64,000 nucleotides of DNA from Rebecca billardiae RCC1528 (lineage: Eukaryota; Protista; Haptophyta), in the NCBI GenBank assembly GCA_965240325.2, contig OZ251227.1, positions 496,001-560,000 on the forward strand, written 5' to 3'. The position numbers were made by a program, and so were the translations under genes. The notes beneath the pieces are model-generated. The model did not search any database. It was not told the DNA's origin and saw only the letters and a program-made list of their open reading frames with translations. Below, one piece after another: positions 25,077 to 35,498 of the stretch (position 1 is the first letter of the stretch; the number at the start of each line of letters is the position of its first letter).

Positions 25077-26429
25077 ATGGACGCCTCTCCGACGAGCGAT
25101 GTGTCTGAGCTCGATTCGGCCGACGACGGGGCGGATGATGACCTGCTCGGCGCGGCACCGACGGCCAGGGGGTCTGACACGTCATCTGTGCCCGACGGGC
25201 CCGCGTTCATCCCGCCGCCGCGCACATCCGGTGTGGGCGCGACTGCCGGCGTCCGGCTCACAGCGTCTGCCTCGAATTCGGCCCTCCACCGGCTTGGCCC
25301 GATCGGCCTGGAGCTCTCCAAACAGTCGCGTGACCTCAGCGCGATGCAGCTTGCATGCGAGCGTCAGGTGCGCGCCGTCCGCGCCCGTGCCCGCGAGCAC
25401 GCACAGGAGCTGCGCGCGCGAGAGCGCCAGCTGCGCCAGCTGCTTCGGCAGCGCAACGAGCAGCTGGACGTGCTCAAGCTCGACCTCACGACGGTGATCA
25501 CGCGGCTGGAGGAGTCCGAGTCGCGGAGCGTGCAGATGGACGCCGCGCTCGCGCAGCGTGGCGTCGACCAGCGCGATGTCGACGCCCTGCGTTCGCAGCT
25601 GGCCGCGGCGGAGGCGCGCATTGCGGAGCTGAGCGAGCGCGCCGGCGAGGGCGCCGAGGTGCGCACGCGCTTCAACGCGGTGTCGGCGGAGCTGCACACG
25701 GTGCGGCTCGAGCGGGACACGGCGCTTGAGCGTGCCCGCGCCCTCGAGGACGCGCTGCACGGCGTGCTCGAGCGCAAGCGCCAGACGGCCACGCAGTACC
25801 TGCTGCTCGCCGGGCGCGAGCGGCTCGGCCTCGGCTTCTCCCGCTGGGCCTTCCACGTGCGGCTGCTGTCAGGCGCGGCGAGGACGGACGACCTCGAACG
25901 GCTCGAGCGCGAGCTGACGGACAGTGCGCGCGCGCTCGACGAGTCGCGGCGCAAGGAGGCCGCTGCAGAGGCCGCCGCGTCCGAGAAGGCTCGGCTGGCT
26001 GCGGCGTGGTCGCAGTACGCAGGCATCTCGCGCGTCGCGACGACGCGGCTGCTGCAGCTGGGCGGCGGCACCGACGCCGAGGCGCTCCGCCTCGCGCTGC
26101 TGCACTGGGGCCGGCGCGCGACGCAGGGCCTACACGCAGTGCGCGCGTGGAAGCGTATGACGTTCGCCATCGTCGACGGCGTGCGCGACGGCAGGCTGCA
26201 CGCGCGCCGCGCCAAGTGGAGCCGCTACTTCCGCCGCTGGTTTGAGCGGCACTCGCGCGAGGAGTCGGTCGGCCGTGCCGAGCTGCTCGCACTCATGCTT
26301 GCGCACTGGCGGCTCCTCGTGCAGGGAGGGCTGCTGCGCGCACAGTGCAAGGCGCTCGATGCACAGCGGCGCAATCTCACTGCGGAGACCACCGGAGCGT
26401 GGTGGACAGCGGCAAGCAGTGGCGCTTAG
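25077..26429 (+). CDS. Coiled-coil protein of unknown function
   Basis: Long ORF with heptad-rich E/R/L/Q segments and Trp-containing helical segments near the C-terminus (FSRWAF, LLHWGR, VRAWKR, FRRWF, LAHWR). Confidence 0.65.
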   Translation: MDASPTSDVSELDSADDGADDDLLGAAPTARGSDTSSVPDGPAFIPPPRTSGVGATAGVRLTASASNSALHRLGPIGLELSKQSRDLSAMQLACERQVRAVRARAREHAQELRARERQLRQLLRQRNEQLDVLKLDLTTVITRLEESESRSVQMDAALAQRGVDQRDVDALRSQLAAAEARIAELSERAGEGAEVRTRFNAVSAELHTVRLERDTALERARALEDALHGVLERKRQTATQYLLLAGRERLGLGFSRWAFHVRLLSGAARTDDLERLERELTDSARALDESRRKEAAAEAAASEKARLAAAWSQYAGISRVATTRLLQLGGGTDAEALRLALLHWGRRATQGLHAVRAWKRMTFAIVDGVRDGRLHARRAKWSRYFRRWFERHSREESVGRAELLALMLAHWRLLVQGGLLRAQCKALDAQRRNLTAETTGAWWTAASSGA

Positions 26430-27266
26430 GCTTCCCTTGCGAGTTTCTTTCTGTGGCCACTGGCCAGCCGACGGTCCGTCAATGGTCGTGACTCGTGACG
26501 GTCAGCCCGCCAGCCCGCCAGGCGCGACACGCAGTGTCATATCTGCTATCATCATCACATGACGATACGTCCGACGTGCCAGCAGTAATGCAGCAGCCCG
26601 CCTCAGCAGGTGCTAGTGCCAAGGTGACGGTGTGTCCCTTAGTATGGAGTGTGACGGCGCCGGGCAGGCATACGACCGGGCCCCGTATTATATATAAGTT
26701 CCGCGTCACGGAATCACGGATTGACCGCGCCCGCGGACTCCGACATGCTGTATGATGTGTGATTGTGTCAGTCGTCTGACGCGAGTCAGCAGCCGCAGGT
26801 GCGACACGGTCTGTCAAGGATGAGCACAGAGCACTGTCGGATGACCGGGAGGGCCGAGGCTGAGTAGAGTGAGTAGTGAGTCCCGAGGTGCGATGCCAGT
26901 ATGCCACTCGGCGACAGTACGACGACTCAGTAGTCAGTCAATCGTAGTAGGCTTCTGGCGCTTCTGCTTATGTGTAGTGGCGCCGCAGCTAGCACTAAGC
27001 ACATCAGCCGACTGACGAAATCAATGATGATCATGATGCGCTTCATCTTCATGGCGTTCCGCCGTTCCGGCAGTACTCCAGTAGTCGTGGTCATTGTCAA
27101 CTTGTAGGCAAGGCTTGCGCCTGCAGCCGCAACGGTAGTTCGTATCGTATTTTTACCTGGCCGTCGAGTGCTCCGCCTGCCGGCGGATACCGTCGCCAAT
27201 CAGCAGCGCGGCGGCCGATGATGCATGATGATGATGATGTCCCTTGATTGATAGTGCGGTGACACC

Positions 27267-28715
27267 TCACGTGCGCCGCACATACCTCAGCAATTCGTTC
27301 GGCTCCGACGCCACGAAGAGCTCGTCGCCCGCCGGTGAGACGGCGACGCCCTCGGGCTGTGTGCCGCCCACAACGATCGTGCCGATCACGCTGCCGTCAA
27401 GGCTTGTCTGCACCACCTTGCGCTGCTCGTGGCTGAGCACCACAACAGACTGTGTGCCCGGCTCGTACGCCAGCCCCGCGAGGTCAGTGAGGTACGCTGG
27501 GGAGCCACCGAGCCGCTTCTCGGCGTCGAAGAGGTCCGTCACCTGGCCGTGCACGCTGTCCACGCGCAGCACGCGCATCGGGCGCTTCTCGACGACAGCG
27601 TACAGGTCACGCCGGCGCTCGTCGTATGCGACGCCCTCGATGCCCTTGTTCGGCTCGTCGATGGTGATGCCGGTTGTGAAGACGCGTGCGTCCGCGCGCC
27701 GGATCGTCTGCTGCACCGGAGACGAGGGGACGGTCGTCACCGGCGCGTCTGGCAGGCTGACGACGAGGAGCTCGCGCCTGCGTTCGTCGGCGATGGCAAA
27801 CTTGCCATCGCCGAGCCACGCGAGCCCCTCGGGATCCTCGAACCCGTCAAGATAGAGCTCGCGCACAAGACGAGGCGCGTCTGCCGAGCCCCGCGGTGGG
27901 AGCACAAACTCGACGAGCCGCGGCGGGTAGTTGATCGTGCCGAGGATGCTCAGGAGCGAAGCGTCTGCGCCCGAGCGCACGACACCCGCGCCGGCGGGGA
28001 GAACGATCAGCCCAGAGAAGTTGTCGGTCACTCCGTCGAGGACCCACTCCTTGTCGAGCACCATCTCGGAGAGGCGGAATGGCTGCGTGGGCGGCGTGGG
28101 CGACGGCGTGGGCGCCGGGCCGGGAGAAGGGCTTGGCGACGGGCCGGGAGAAGGGCTTGGCGACGGCGACGGGGACGGCGACGGCGATGGCGATGGGCAG
28201 CCTGAGAGGCAGCAGCCGTTGGGGGAGGTAGGCGTTGGGGACATCGCGCACGCAGTACCCTGGGCGTCGAGGGGCGCCCCCCACGTCTGGCTGGCCGTCG
28301 TGGCGCCGATGCCCTGGAGCGCTGTGCACTTGTCCGTCTGCGCAGACCACACGACACCCCAAGCAAAGCCCGGCGAGCACGCGGCGAGGTACGACTCGCC
28401 GCCGGCGGAGATGCCGAAGTCGAACCCGTCGTACTTGTTCCACTTCTGGTGGGACTTGCCCCGTATCTCGCCGCTCAGCGCGATGGACGAGACATCACCA
28501 TCGCCGTCGATAAGGCGCCAGCCGTCCACAGAGCACGCCGCGTCAGCTGTGTTGTAGAGCTCGACCCAGTCGGTGCCGGCGCCGGAGATCTCGTTCACTC
28601 GAATGGATGCAGTGGTACAGGGCGCGGCCGTCGGCAGGTACACGGGGGCCGCGTCGATGCTGCTCGCCGAGAGCGCGGCGAGGAGGGAGAGGGTGAGGCG
28701 GCCGAAGCGCGACAT
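27267..28715 (-). CDS. Secreted protein: signal peptide + lamin-tail-like domain + (PS)n linker + SdiA-regulated/YjiK-like beta-propeller
   Basis: IRVNEI..DWVELYNT...SVDGWRLID...FDFGISAGGE (LTD); PSPSPS linker; NFSGL, FEDPEGLAWLGDGKFAIADERRR, NKGIEGVAYD, EKRPMR, DLAGL, LSHE, QPEGVA, SEPN (YjiK-like). Single exon. Confidence 0.8.
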   Translation of the reverse strand: MSRFGRLTLSLLAALSASSIDAAPVYLPTAAPCTTASIRVNEISGAGTDWVELYNTADAACSVDGWRLIDGDGDVSSIALSGEIRGKSHQKWNKYDGFDFGISAGGESYLAACSPGFAWGVVWSAQTDKCTALQGIGATTASQTWGAPLDAQGTACAMSPTPTSPNGCCLSGCPSPSPSPSPSPSPSPSPGPSPSPSPGPAPTPSPTPPTQPFRLSEMVLDKEWVLDGVTDNFSGLIVLPAGAGVVRSGADASLLSILGTINYPPRLVEFVLPPRGSADAPRLVRELYLDGFEDPEGLAWLGDGKFAIADERRRELLVVSLPDAPVTTVPSSPVQQTIRRADARVFTTGITIDEPNKGIEGVAYDERRRDLYAVVEKRPMRVLRVDSVHGQVTDLFDAEKRLGGSPAYLTDLAGLAYEPGTQSVVVLSHEQRKVVQTSLDGSVIGTIVVGGTQPEGVAVSPAGDELFVASEPNELLRYVRRT

Positions 28716-29070
28716 CGTGAAGGCCGTCCGCTTTTCGCTGGCGAGGCGGCCGTTGGAGAGTGCGAATTCGCCTCCCGGGGGGGCGGCGCGCGCCCCGCCG
28801 CCTGCTGAAGGAACAGGTCACCTGTCCATCCCGGACCGGTGGGATGACTTTCCCGCGCCGTCTGCACAGAGCGGGCTTTGAACTTGGTTCATGACTTTCA
28901 ACTTGGTCTTAACAGATGACGATTCTGAAAGCACTACCGATTGCGCCTGCACGTGCGTGCTACCTGGCAGGTCGTCATCAGGTCGGCATCACCAACGCCT
29001 GTGATCATCTCAGCCAAAAGGCTGCACCCGCCGCAAGATCACTGTCGCCGGGTGGAAACGCCAACCGGCT

Positions 29071-30301
29071 TCACGAGGGCTCAATACTCCTTAGAGTCCT
29101 AAGTCGGCGGGCTGCGTCGACACGGAGGTATGCCTTGGCATCGACGCGAATGCGCCTGAGCAGCCCCACGAGCACCGCAGACGAGTTGGTCACCTCCATG
29201 CTGCGCTGGCGGTACGCTCTGGCCAGCGAGCGCGGGCTGCAGTCGTCGTCATAGCGGCTATGCGGGTAGCGTCGAGCCGTCAGCTCGCTCGGGTACGCGA
29301 GCTGCGCGTCGCAGGATGGCAGCCAGCGGCGGGCGCGGGGCACCCCAGAGGGGAGGTCAAGCCCAAGGCGCGCGCACAGCACGGCAGGGCGCGACGCGCG
29401 GCCGCACCTTGTCGACCACAAAAGTGCCGTCAGGCGAGATCACAAAGTCGACGCGCAGCCAGTCCGCATCGAGCGCGGTGCTCAGCCGCATCGCCACCTT
29501 CTGCAGGTGTGCGCGCAGCCTGCGCAGCAGGGGCACGAGCCAGCCGCACAGCGCTGCGCGCTGCTCCATGCACACCACCTCCTGCCGGTCGCACAGGTTG
29601 ACGTACGCGCCTTCACGCGCGCCGACAGGGGCGGCGTGCGCCGAGCCGATGCGACGAAGCCCACGTGGATCAATGACGATGTGCAAGCCGAGCGCGACCG
29701 CCGGCGGCCCACCTGGCACGGCCGAGCTGGGCGCCCTCACGACGACGCCTCGCCTCTCGTACATTGAATGTGCGGGGCCGTCGCGAATGGGTGGGGTCTG
29801 CAGGGCGCGCTCGATGAAGGAGGCCACCTCACTCACCCCCAGTACACGCGTGGGCGCGGACACAATCGAGGACGTCTCGGCGGCGAGTGCGCTCTCCACC
29901 ACGAAGGCAGCATGGCCTGCCTCAAGGGCGCGTCGGAGGCCCTCCCTTGAGTACTGCGGCCATGCGCCCAGCTGCGCGCCGAAGAAGGCCCCGTAGATCA
30001 CCGGTGCCTGCGGGAAGCCAAAGCTGCGCACGAGATCGTGCACGAGCAGCCTGTTCCCCACGAGGCCGAAGGTGGGGTTGCGCCGGTACCGCCGCATCAT
30101 CCACTCGACGCGCTGCTCGCCTGACGAGAGGACAAACCCTGCCTGCTCGAACTCGGGTAGCAGCGAGAAGTCGGATCCCACGCGTGCCTTGGGCGCCACG
30201 GTACCCGTGCTAAAGAGCGCAATCGCCGTGCACGCGGATGGTCGGAGCCATCTACCCAAGCGGCGCCTGCTCCGATCAGCGCGAGGCTGGCCGTCCGGCA
30301 T
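29071..30301 (-). CDS. Putative type II membrane ATP-grasp (TupA-like) protein; intron ~29303-29408
   Basis: N-terminal hydrophobic anchor; C-terminal ALDADWLRVDFV..FVVDK spliced to LAYPS, resembling the ATP-grasp RVD..ELT motif in degenerate form. Confidence 0.45.
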
Positions 30302-30556
30302 GCTGGTTAGACCGGCACGTTCGAGCGGAATCGAGCCGGGGCCTTTTTACCCAGCTTCAAGCGCAAAGCCGCAAACGGCAACGCTGCGCCATCAGTTCAA
30401 TCAGCAAGTTGGGAGCCGGGCATCGCGGCCGACCTGAAGACCTCCACGGCTGCGGCCGCCACTGGGCCAACCTGGCGCCCGGCTTCATGCCGTGTCACCT
30501 CGTGCTCTGAAGCTGAAGCCCACGTACCATGGGTACGACGACTACGACTATGTTAT

Positions 30557-32545
30557 CTATGCGAGAAAGGGCGACACGTCTATGTGACCAATGGCCAGCC
30601 CGTTGATGTGCCGCTCGCCTCGAGGGAGCACGCCATTCGAGCGCTCGAGCGTGCGCACGAGGCTGCAGAGGTCAGCGTCGAGCACGCGGAGCCGGCGCAC
30701 GCCGCCAGCGCGCGCGCCCCAGCCCGCGCTAGCCGAGCCCGGCTCTGTGCTGGGCTGCGGAGGCCCAGCCGTGCTGCCCTCTGCCTCGGGGGCATCGATG
30801 GCATACAGCACCTTGAGCGCGTCTCGCCACGCCGATTCGGGCGCGCACCCGCCGCGAGCGCTCCCCTCCCCACCCCGCCCGGCCGCGCCCTCCGAGCAGC
30901 CGTCGCACAGCCGGCAGTAGGCGGAGAGCAGCTGCACCAGCACGCGCCCTGCCGGAGCCGCGCCGGGCTGGGCGGCGCTGCGTGCCCGGCGGAGATGGAC
31001 GGGGCGGTCGGACTCGTCGCCAGCCGGCAGCAGCTCGAAGTGGCCCACGCCAGCCTCCTCGCTCGCGCGCAGGAGCGCAGCGCCGATGGCACCGACAGCC
31101 GTCGGCGCGAGTGACGACGACGCCTCAGCCGCTGCACGCGCGCTCGCAGGCCCCGGCAGCGCGCGCTCGACGCGCCACGCCAGCAGCTGCACGTGCAGCG
31201 CGTCGTGCGTGAACGCGGTGAGCTCGGGCTCGAACCACGCGAAAGGCGGTGCGTCTGTCCGCGCCTCGGCGCCACGCTCGAGCGCGTGCGATGCCGGCGG
31301 GTCGGCCGGGAGCAGCCCAGCGCGATCGGGTGCGCGGAGCGAGGGCGGCGCCGGGGCGGGCAGCTGGAGGGGCGCTGGGGAGGAGTCCGCTGCCGAGGGT
31401 CCGAGGATGCACGCCGTCGCCTCGGCGATGCTGTCAGTGACGCGCGCGGGGAGCTGGGCCGCACCGAGCACCCAGCCGCACGCGGCACAGCGGCACAGCG
31501 CCCACCGCTGCTCGGCCGGCAGCGGAGGCGCAGCCGAGCGCACGCCTGTCGGCCGCGCGCGCTTGCGCGCCCGAGCCGCCTGCGAGCTCTGGGGCCGGCG
31601 GAGGCCATGGCTCCAGTGTGCCGCGGGCGTGCGCCCGCGGAAGACGAGCGAAGCGCGCTGCGTGCCACCGCCCGGCCTCCCCTCCTCGCCCTCGGCGTAA
31701 TGCAGCGCGGCGGGCGTGCACCGCTCCGCCCTGAGCAGGACCCAGGCCTCGCACCCAAACGCACCACCGCCGCTCTCGCGCACACGATCGCGCACGCCCG
31801 TGCCGCCGCGCGCGCGCACGGGGTGGGCTGGGGCGTCGTCGGCGGGCGAAGGGAGGCGCGATGCGGCGCCTCGGCCGCGCGAGCCCGCGCTGCTCAGCCT
31901 ACGCGGCGCCTCGGCCTCCGCCGCCACCGCCGCCGCCTCCGGTGCCGGCGGTGCGTCAGCGGCCGGCAGGTCTGCCGCCGGCAGGAACATCCGATCCCAC
32001 GCGCACGACTCGCCCTCGCACGCGCACGTGATGTCCGCGAGCTCGTGGGCCGGCATGCGCGGGAGCTCGTGGACGGGTCCGATGCACTCGGGCACGATCA
32101 CCGCGTCGCATGCGCTGCAGCAAAGCTGCGTGCTCGCGGCCGAACACTTGCGCACACGCCGCCTCATGTCAGCAGCTCGCAGGTCGAAGCGAGTACGCTC
32201 ACGCACCGCCGCCGCGTCTGTGGGCACTTGGACGAGCGCCTGCGTTCCTTCGCGCACGAACGGGATGTGCACCGTCCAGTGCTGTGCGCCCACGCGTGAC
32301 ACGCGCGCGCTCCCCAGATCGGGAGTCGCGTCGTCGTCGCGCGGGACGCGAACGAGCGCGCGGCCGCGATCGACGTGCTGTTCGCCGTCTATCGTGCTGA
32401 GGCCGAGGTCGATCTCGAGCACGGCTTCACGCAGCTCCATGCAAAGGCTGCGGACAGCCTCGCCGTCACCCCCCAAAGCCAGACGCACCACGAGCGCGTG
32501 GGCATGCGCAAGGCGCTCGGCCTGCCACGCGACCGCGGCCGCCAT
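30557..32545 (-). CDS. UBE3D/HECT_2-like E2-binding ubiquitin ligase
   Basis: CSAC..VHELP..ELADITCAC, CAACGWVLG, ALKVLY, and C-terminal LERSNGVLPRGERHINGLAIGHI. Confidence 0.7.
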   Translation of the reverse strand: MAAAVAWQAERLAHAHALVVRLALGGDGEAVRSLCMELREAVLEIDLGLSTIDGEQHVDRGRALVRVPRDDDATPDLGSARVSRVGAQHWTVHIPFVREGTQALVQVPTDAAAVRERTRFDLRAADMRRRVRKCSAASTQLCCSACDAVIVPECIGPVHELPRMPAHELADITCACEGESCAWDRMFLPAADLPAADAPPAPEAAAVAAEAEAPRRLSSAGSRGRGAASRLPSPADDAPAHPVRARGGTGVRDRVRESGGGAFGCEAWVLLRAERCTPAALHYAEGEEGRPGGGTQRASLVFRGRTPAAHWSHGLRRPQSSQAARARKRARPTGVRSAAPPLPAEQRWALCRCAACGWVLGAAQLPARVTDSIAEATACILGPSAADSSPAPLQLPAPAPPSLRAPDRAGLLPADPPASHALERGAEARTDAPPFAWFEPELTAFTHDALHVQLLAWRVERALPGPASARAAAEASSSLAPTAVGAIGAALLRASEEAGVGHFELLPAGDESDRPVHLRRARSAAQPGAAPAGRVLVQLLSAYCRLCDGCSEGAAGRGGEGSARGGCAPESAWRDALKVLYAIDAPEAEGSTAGPPQPSTEPGSASAGWGARAGGVRRLRVLDADLCSLVRTLERSNGVLPRGERHINGLAIGHIDVSPFLA

Positions 32546-32569
32546 GCTGCCGGTCGGGTCCATTTGTTT

Positions 32570-34446
32570 TTCCGCGGGGGGGGCACGCCCGGATTTAACC
32601 GTGCCGCCCCCGCGGGCGGCTTTGTGCAACATCAAGGAGAGTCCGGACGCTTCTCGTCGCCGCCAAGTGCGGGGACCCCTCGCGACGGCCGCGCCGCCGC
32701 GCGTAAGGGTGGCGACCCGCGCCTCGTGATAACACGCGCATTTGGCGGGGCGCGGGCGGAGCGCGCCGCGCGCGGGCGCGTCGGCCCGTACGCTCGGAGC
32801 CCCGGGCGATTTCACTCCGAGCGCGCCGCGCCGCGCCCGTCGCGCCGCGCCACGGCGTGCGCCGTGCACGCGTTCAGTGCGGCTCGGGTGCCGCGCGCCG
32901 CCGCGGAGCGGAAAGAGAGCCGGGAGCGGGTGCGCTGGCGCGGGCGGGGTGTGGAGGCACGCTACGGGAGTCTACCTCTCGTGCCGCGCGCGCGCGCCCG
33001 CTCGGCGCCGTCGCTTGCTCGGCCGTAGGCGTCCAAGCGTCGATGGTTGGCCTCGCTGTCGAGAACCGAGCTAAAGGGGGCCGCCGGGGGGCCGATGCGG
33101 GTAACGCTTGACGAGACCGAGCACGGTGCTGACGAGACCGAATACGCACCGGCACCGGCCCATGGAAGCCCGCCGCGCGCTGCGGCCGCGCACATCAGGC
33201 GGGGCGCGCACGGAGTCCGCCGCGCGTGGGGGCCTCAGCCAGTACGCTCAGGCCCCCGGGGGAAGCACATGCGACCTCGCCGCGCCGCGCCCGTCGCGCC
33301 GCGCCACGGCGTGAGCAGTGCGTCCCGGTTCGACCAGGGTCGCGGCGCGCGCCGCTGCGCGCTACCACTCTGGGGCGGATGGTGCGCGCCGCGCGCGCGG
33401 GGGCGGCTTGTGGAGGCGGGCGGTGACGGCCCGGCTCGTCTGCTGCGCGCGCGCCGCCCTGCGTTGCGTCCTGAACTCTCCGTGCTCGCATGGTGCGGAT
33501 GCTGCACGAGAGCCAGTGCTGTGACTGTCTGTGATGGGCTGGGCTGGGCTGCTAGGCGGCTGCGGGCCTCCCGTGTGGGTTGGATGGATGCCCGCTGCGA
33601 CGCTGGCCGCAGGATTGCGTCCTTCCGCTTTGCCTTGCCCTTGGCAGCTGCGCCACCGTTGTGTGGCATGTGCTGCCAGCGCGGCAGAAGCTGTCCGCCT
33701 GCTCGCGCGAGGCTGGCTCCTCGGGCGGCTGGATGACCACAATCGCGGATGGCTTGGTGCGGACGGGGTGGTCTTGGTCCCCTGTCTCATCGCCAGCACG
33801 TTGCGGCTGCAGCAGTCGCAGGCGTGTCTGCTTGATGGGCTCCGGCCGGCTGCCCAGACTCCGTTTTACCTTTCACATCTGGGCGCTGGGGCAGTGAGCT
33901 GGTGTCAGGTGTGACGCCGGGCATCAAGCCTGAATCGGCAGGGAGGCGGAGGGAGTGCACCACGTGAATTAACGTGCGACTCGTGCGACAGGTGCCTGGT
34001 GACGTCTCGCCGTATGGCCACTTGTGGGCCAACCGGCCAGTGCACGGAGCGGTTGGCTCGCTTGCACTGCGTCTGCGGCGCCTGGCCGGCACCAGGGCAC
34101 GTTCGTAAGATTCGTATAGTTTACAGCGGATCGTGTCAGACGTCACAGCCGATTGATGCGCGTCAGTCAGGTTAGCCAGCACGAGCACAGCCAGGGGGAA
34201 GCTATGCCGGAGCCCGAAGTCGTGCTCATGCTGCACAGGTGGCACCACACCGCACACGAGGACTCGCCGGCTGTGGGCTGGTCACTCCGTCACTCGCATG
34301 GGCCACACCTCCGACCTCGACTGTCTCCTATGCTGGAACCAGAGATCGTCGTCTAGAAGGTGAGGGAACCTTGCGGGATGGTCACGTCGCTGGACGGACA
34401 GAGGGAGCGCTGCTGAGGGCTCGGACCATTTCTTCTTTACGGTTAT
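32570..34446. repeat. ~1.9-kb dispersed repeat, copy B (inverted relative to 15701-17600)
   Basis: Reverse-complement match to copy A throughout; the ORF track gives near-identical translations (e.g. 15930..16319+ vs 33787..34257-). Confidence 0.9.
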
Positions 34447-34558
34447 CCAAGGTTTTACAGTCCGATACGGTGCGGTGCGGCTCTCGAGTAGTTGGATCAC
34501 GCGGGCGTCGCTCAGAATGTCGCCGGGCCGGGGTGAAATTGGATGCGCGCCTGCGGCC

Positions 34559-35052
34559 TTCGGCGAGTCCAACTACTACTAACTTCGGCGAGTCCAACTA
34601 CTACTAACTTCGGCGAGTCCAACTACTACTAATTTCGGCGAGTCCAACTACTACTAACTTCGGCGAGTCCAACTACTACTACTAACTTCGGCGAGTCCCA
34701 CTACTACTAACTTCGGCGAGTCCAACTACTACTAACTTCGGCGAGTCCAACTACTACTAACTTTGGCGAGTCCAACTACTACTACTAACTTCGGCGAGTC
34801 CAACTAGTTACTACTAACTTCGGCGAGTCCAACTACTACTAACTTCGGCGAGTCCCACTACTACTAACTTCGGCGAGTCCAACTACTACTAACTTCGGCG
34901 AGTCCAACTACTACTACTAACTTCGGCGAGTCCAACTACTACTAACTTCGGCGAGTCCAACTACTACTAACTTCGGCGAGTCCAACTACTACCAACTTCG
35001 GCGAGTCCAACTACTACTAACTACGGCGAGTCCAACTACTACTAACTTCGGC
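34559..35052. repeat. Minisatellite, ~19.5 copies of 25-bp unit TTCGGCGAGTCCAACTACTACTAAC (some 28-29 bp)
   Basis: Contiguous head-to-tail units counted directly; variants have an extra ACT or single substitutions; no spacers. Confidence 0.97.
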
Positions 35053-35404
35053 CACAACATCATCCACCAGCTGCTGACCAAGAACAGGCTACACCATCGT
35101 CCACCATGACCAGCCACTGACCAAGTAGGCGACGACATCATCCGCACCAGCTGCTGCCCAAGTAGCGGGGACGGCCTGGCCGACGCCAACATGCTCTCTC
35201 GCCTTTGATTTCGTACCCATGCACTTCCTGGTGGGCCTGACGACGTCCGGACGACGACAACAACGACATCCGCCATGGGGACCAACATCAACGTGCTCAC
35301 ACCACTGCCACTGCTGCAAGCTTCGACCAGTACCACTACAGACGAATCAGGAGAGCTGCGCCCTCGTGCCTGTGTCTTTAAATCATAGAATTAGTCCGAT
35401 AATT

Positions 35405-35463
35405 GCGGGCGTCAATCTCGCCTGCCTGAGCTGTGTGCGTCTCTTATTCGGTAGTAAACTGTA
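35405..35463 (-). mobile_element. TA-flanked terminal repeat of a putative Tc1/mariner-type MITE family
   Basis: Reverse complement of TA|CAGTTTACTAxGAATAAGAGACGCACACAGCTCAGGCAGGCGAGATTGACGCCCGC. Other copies at ~38838, 49313, 49439, 52930, 55923, 56375, 56477. Confidence 0.7.
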
Positions 35464-35498
35464 TGCAACGTACCGGGCCACCGGTAGGTACCGGGACG

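Noticed and set aside
34559-35052. CRISPR-like array
   Set aside because: Units are contiguous with no unique spacers, there are no cas genes, and the context is eukaryotic; it is a minisatellite.
35435-35450. GTCTCTTAT resembling a Nextera/Tn5 mosaic end
   Set aside because: Only a short match, embedded in a diverged multi-copy genomic TIR family.
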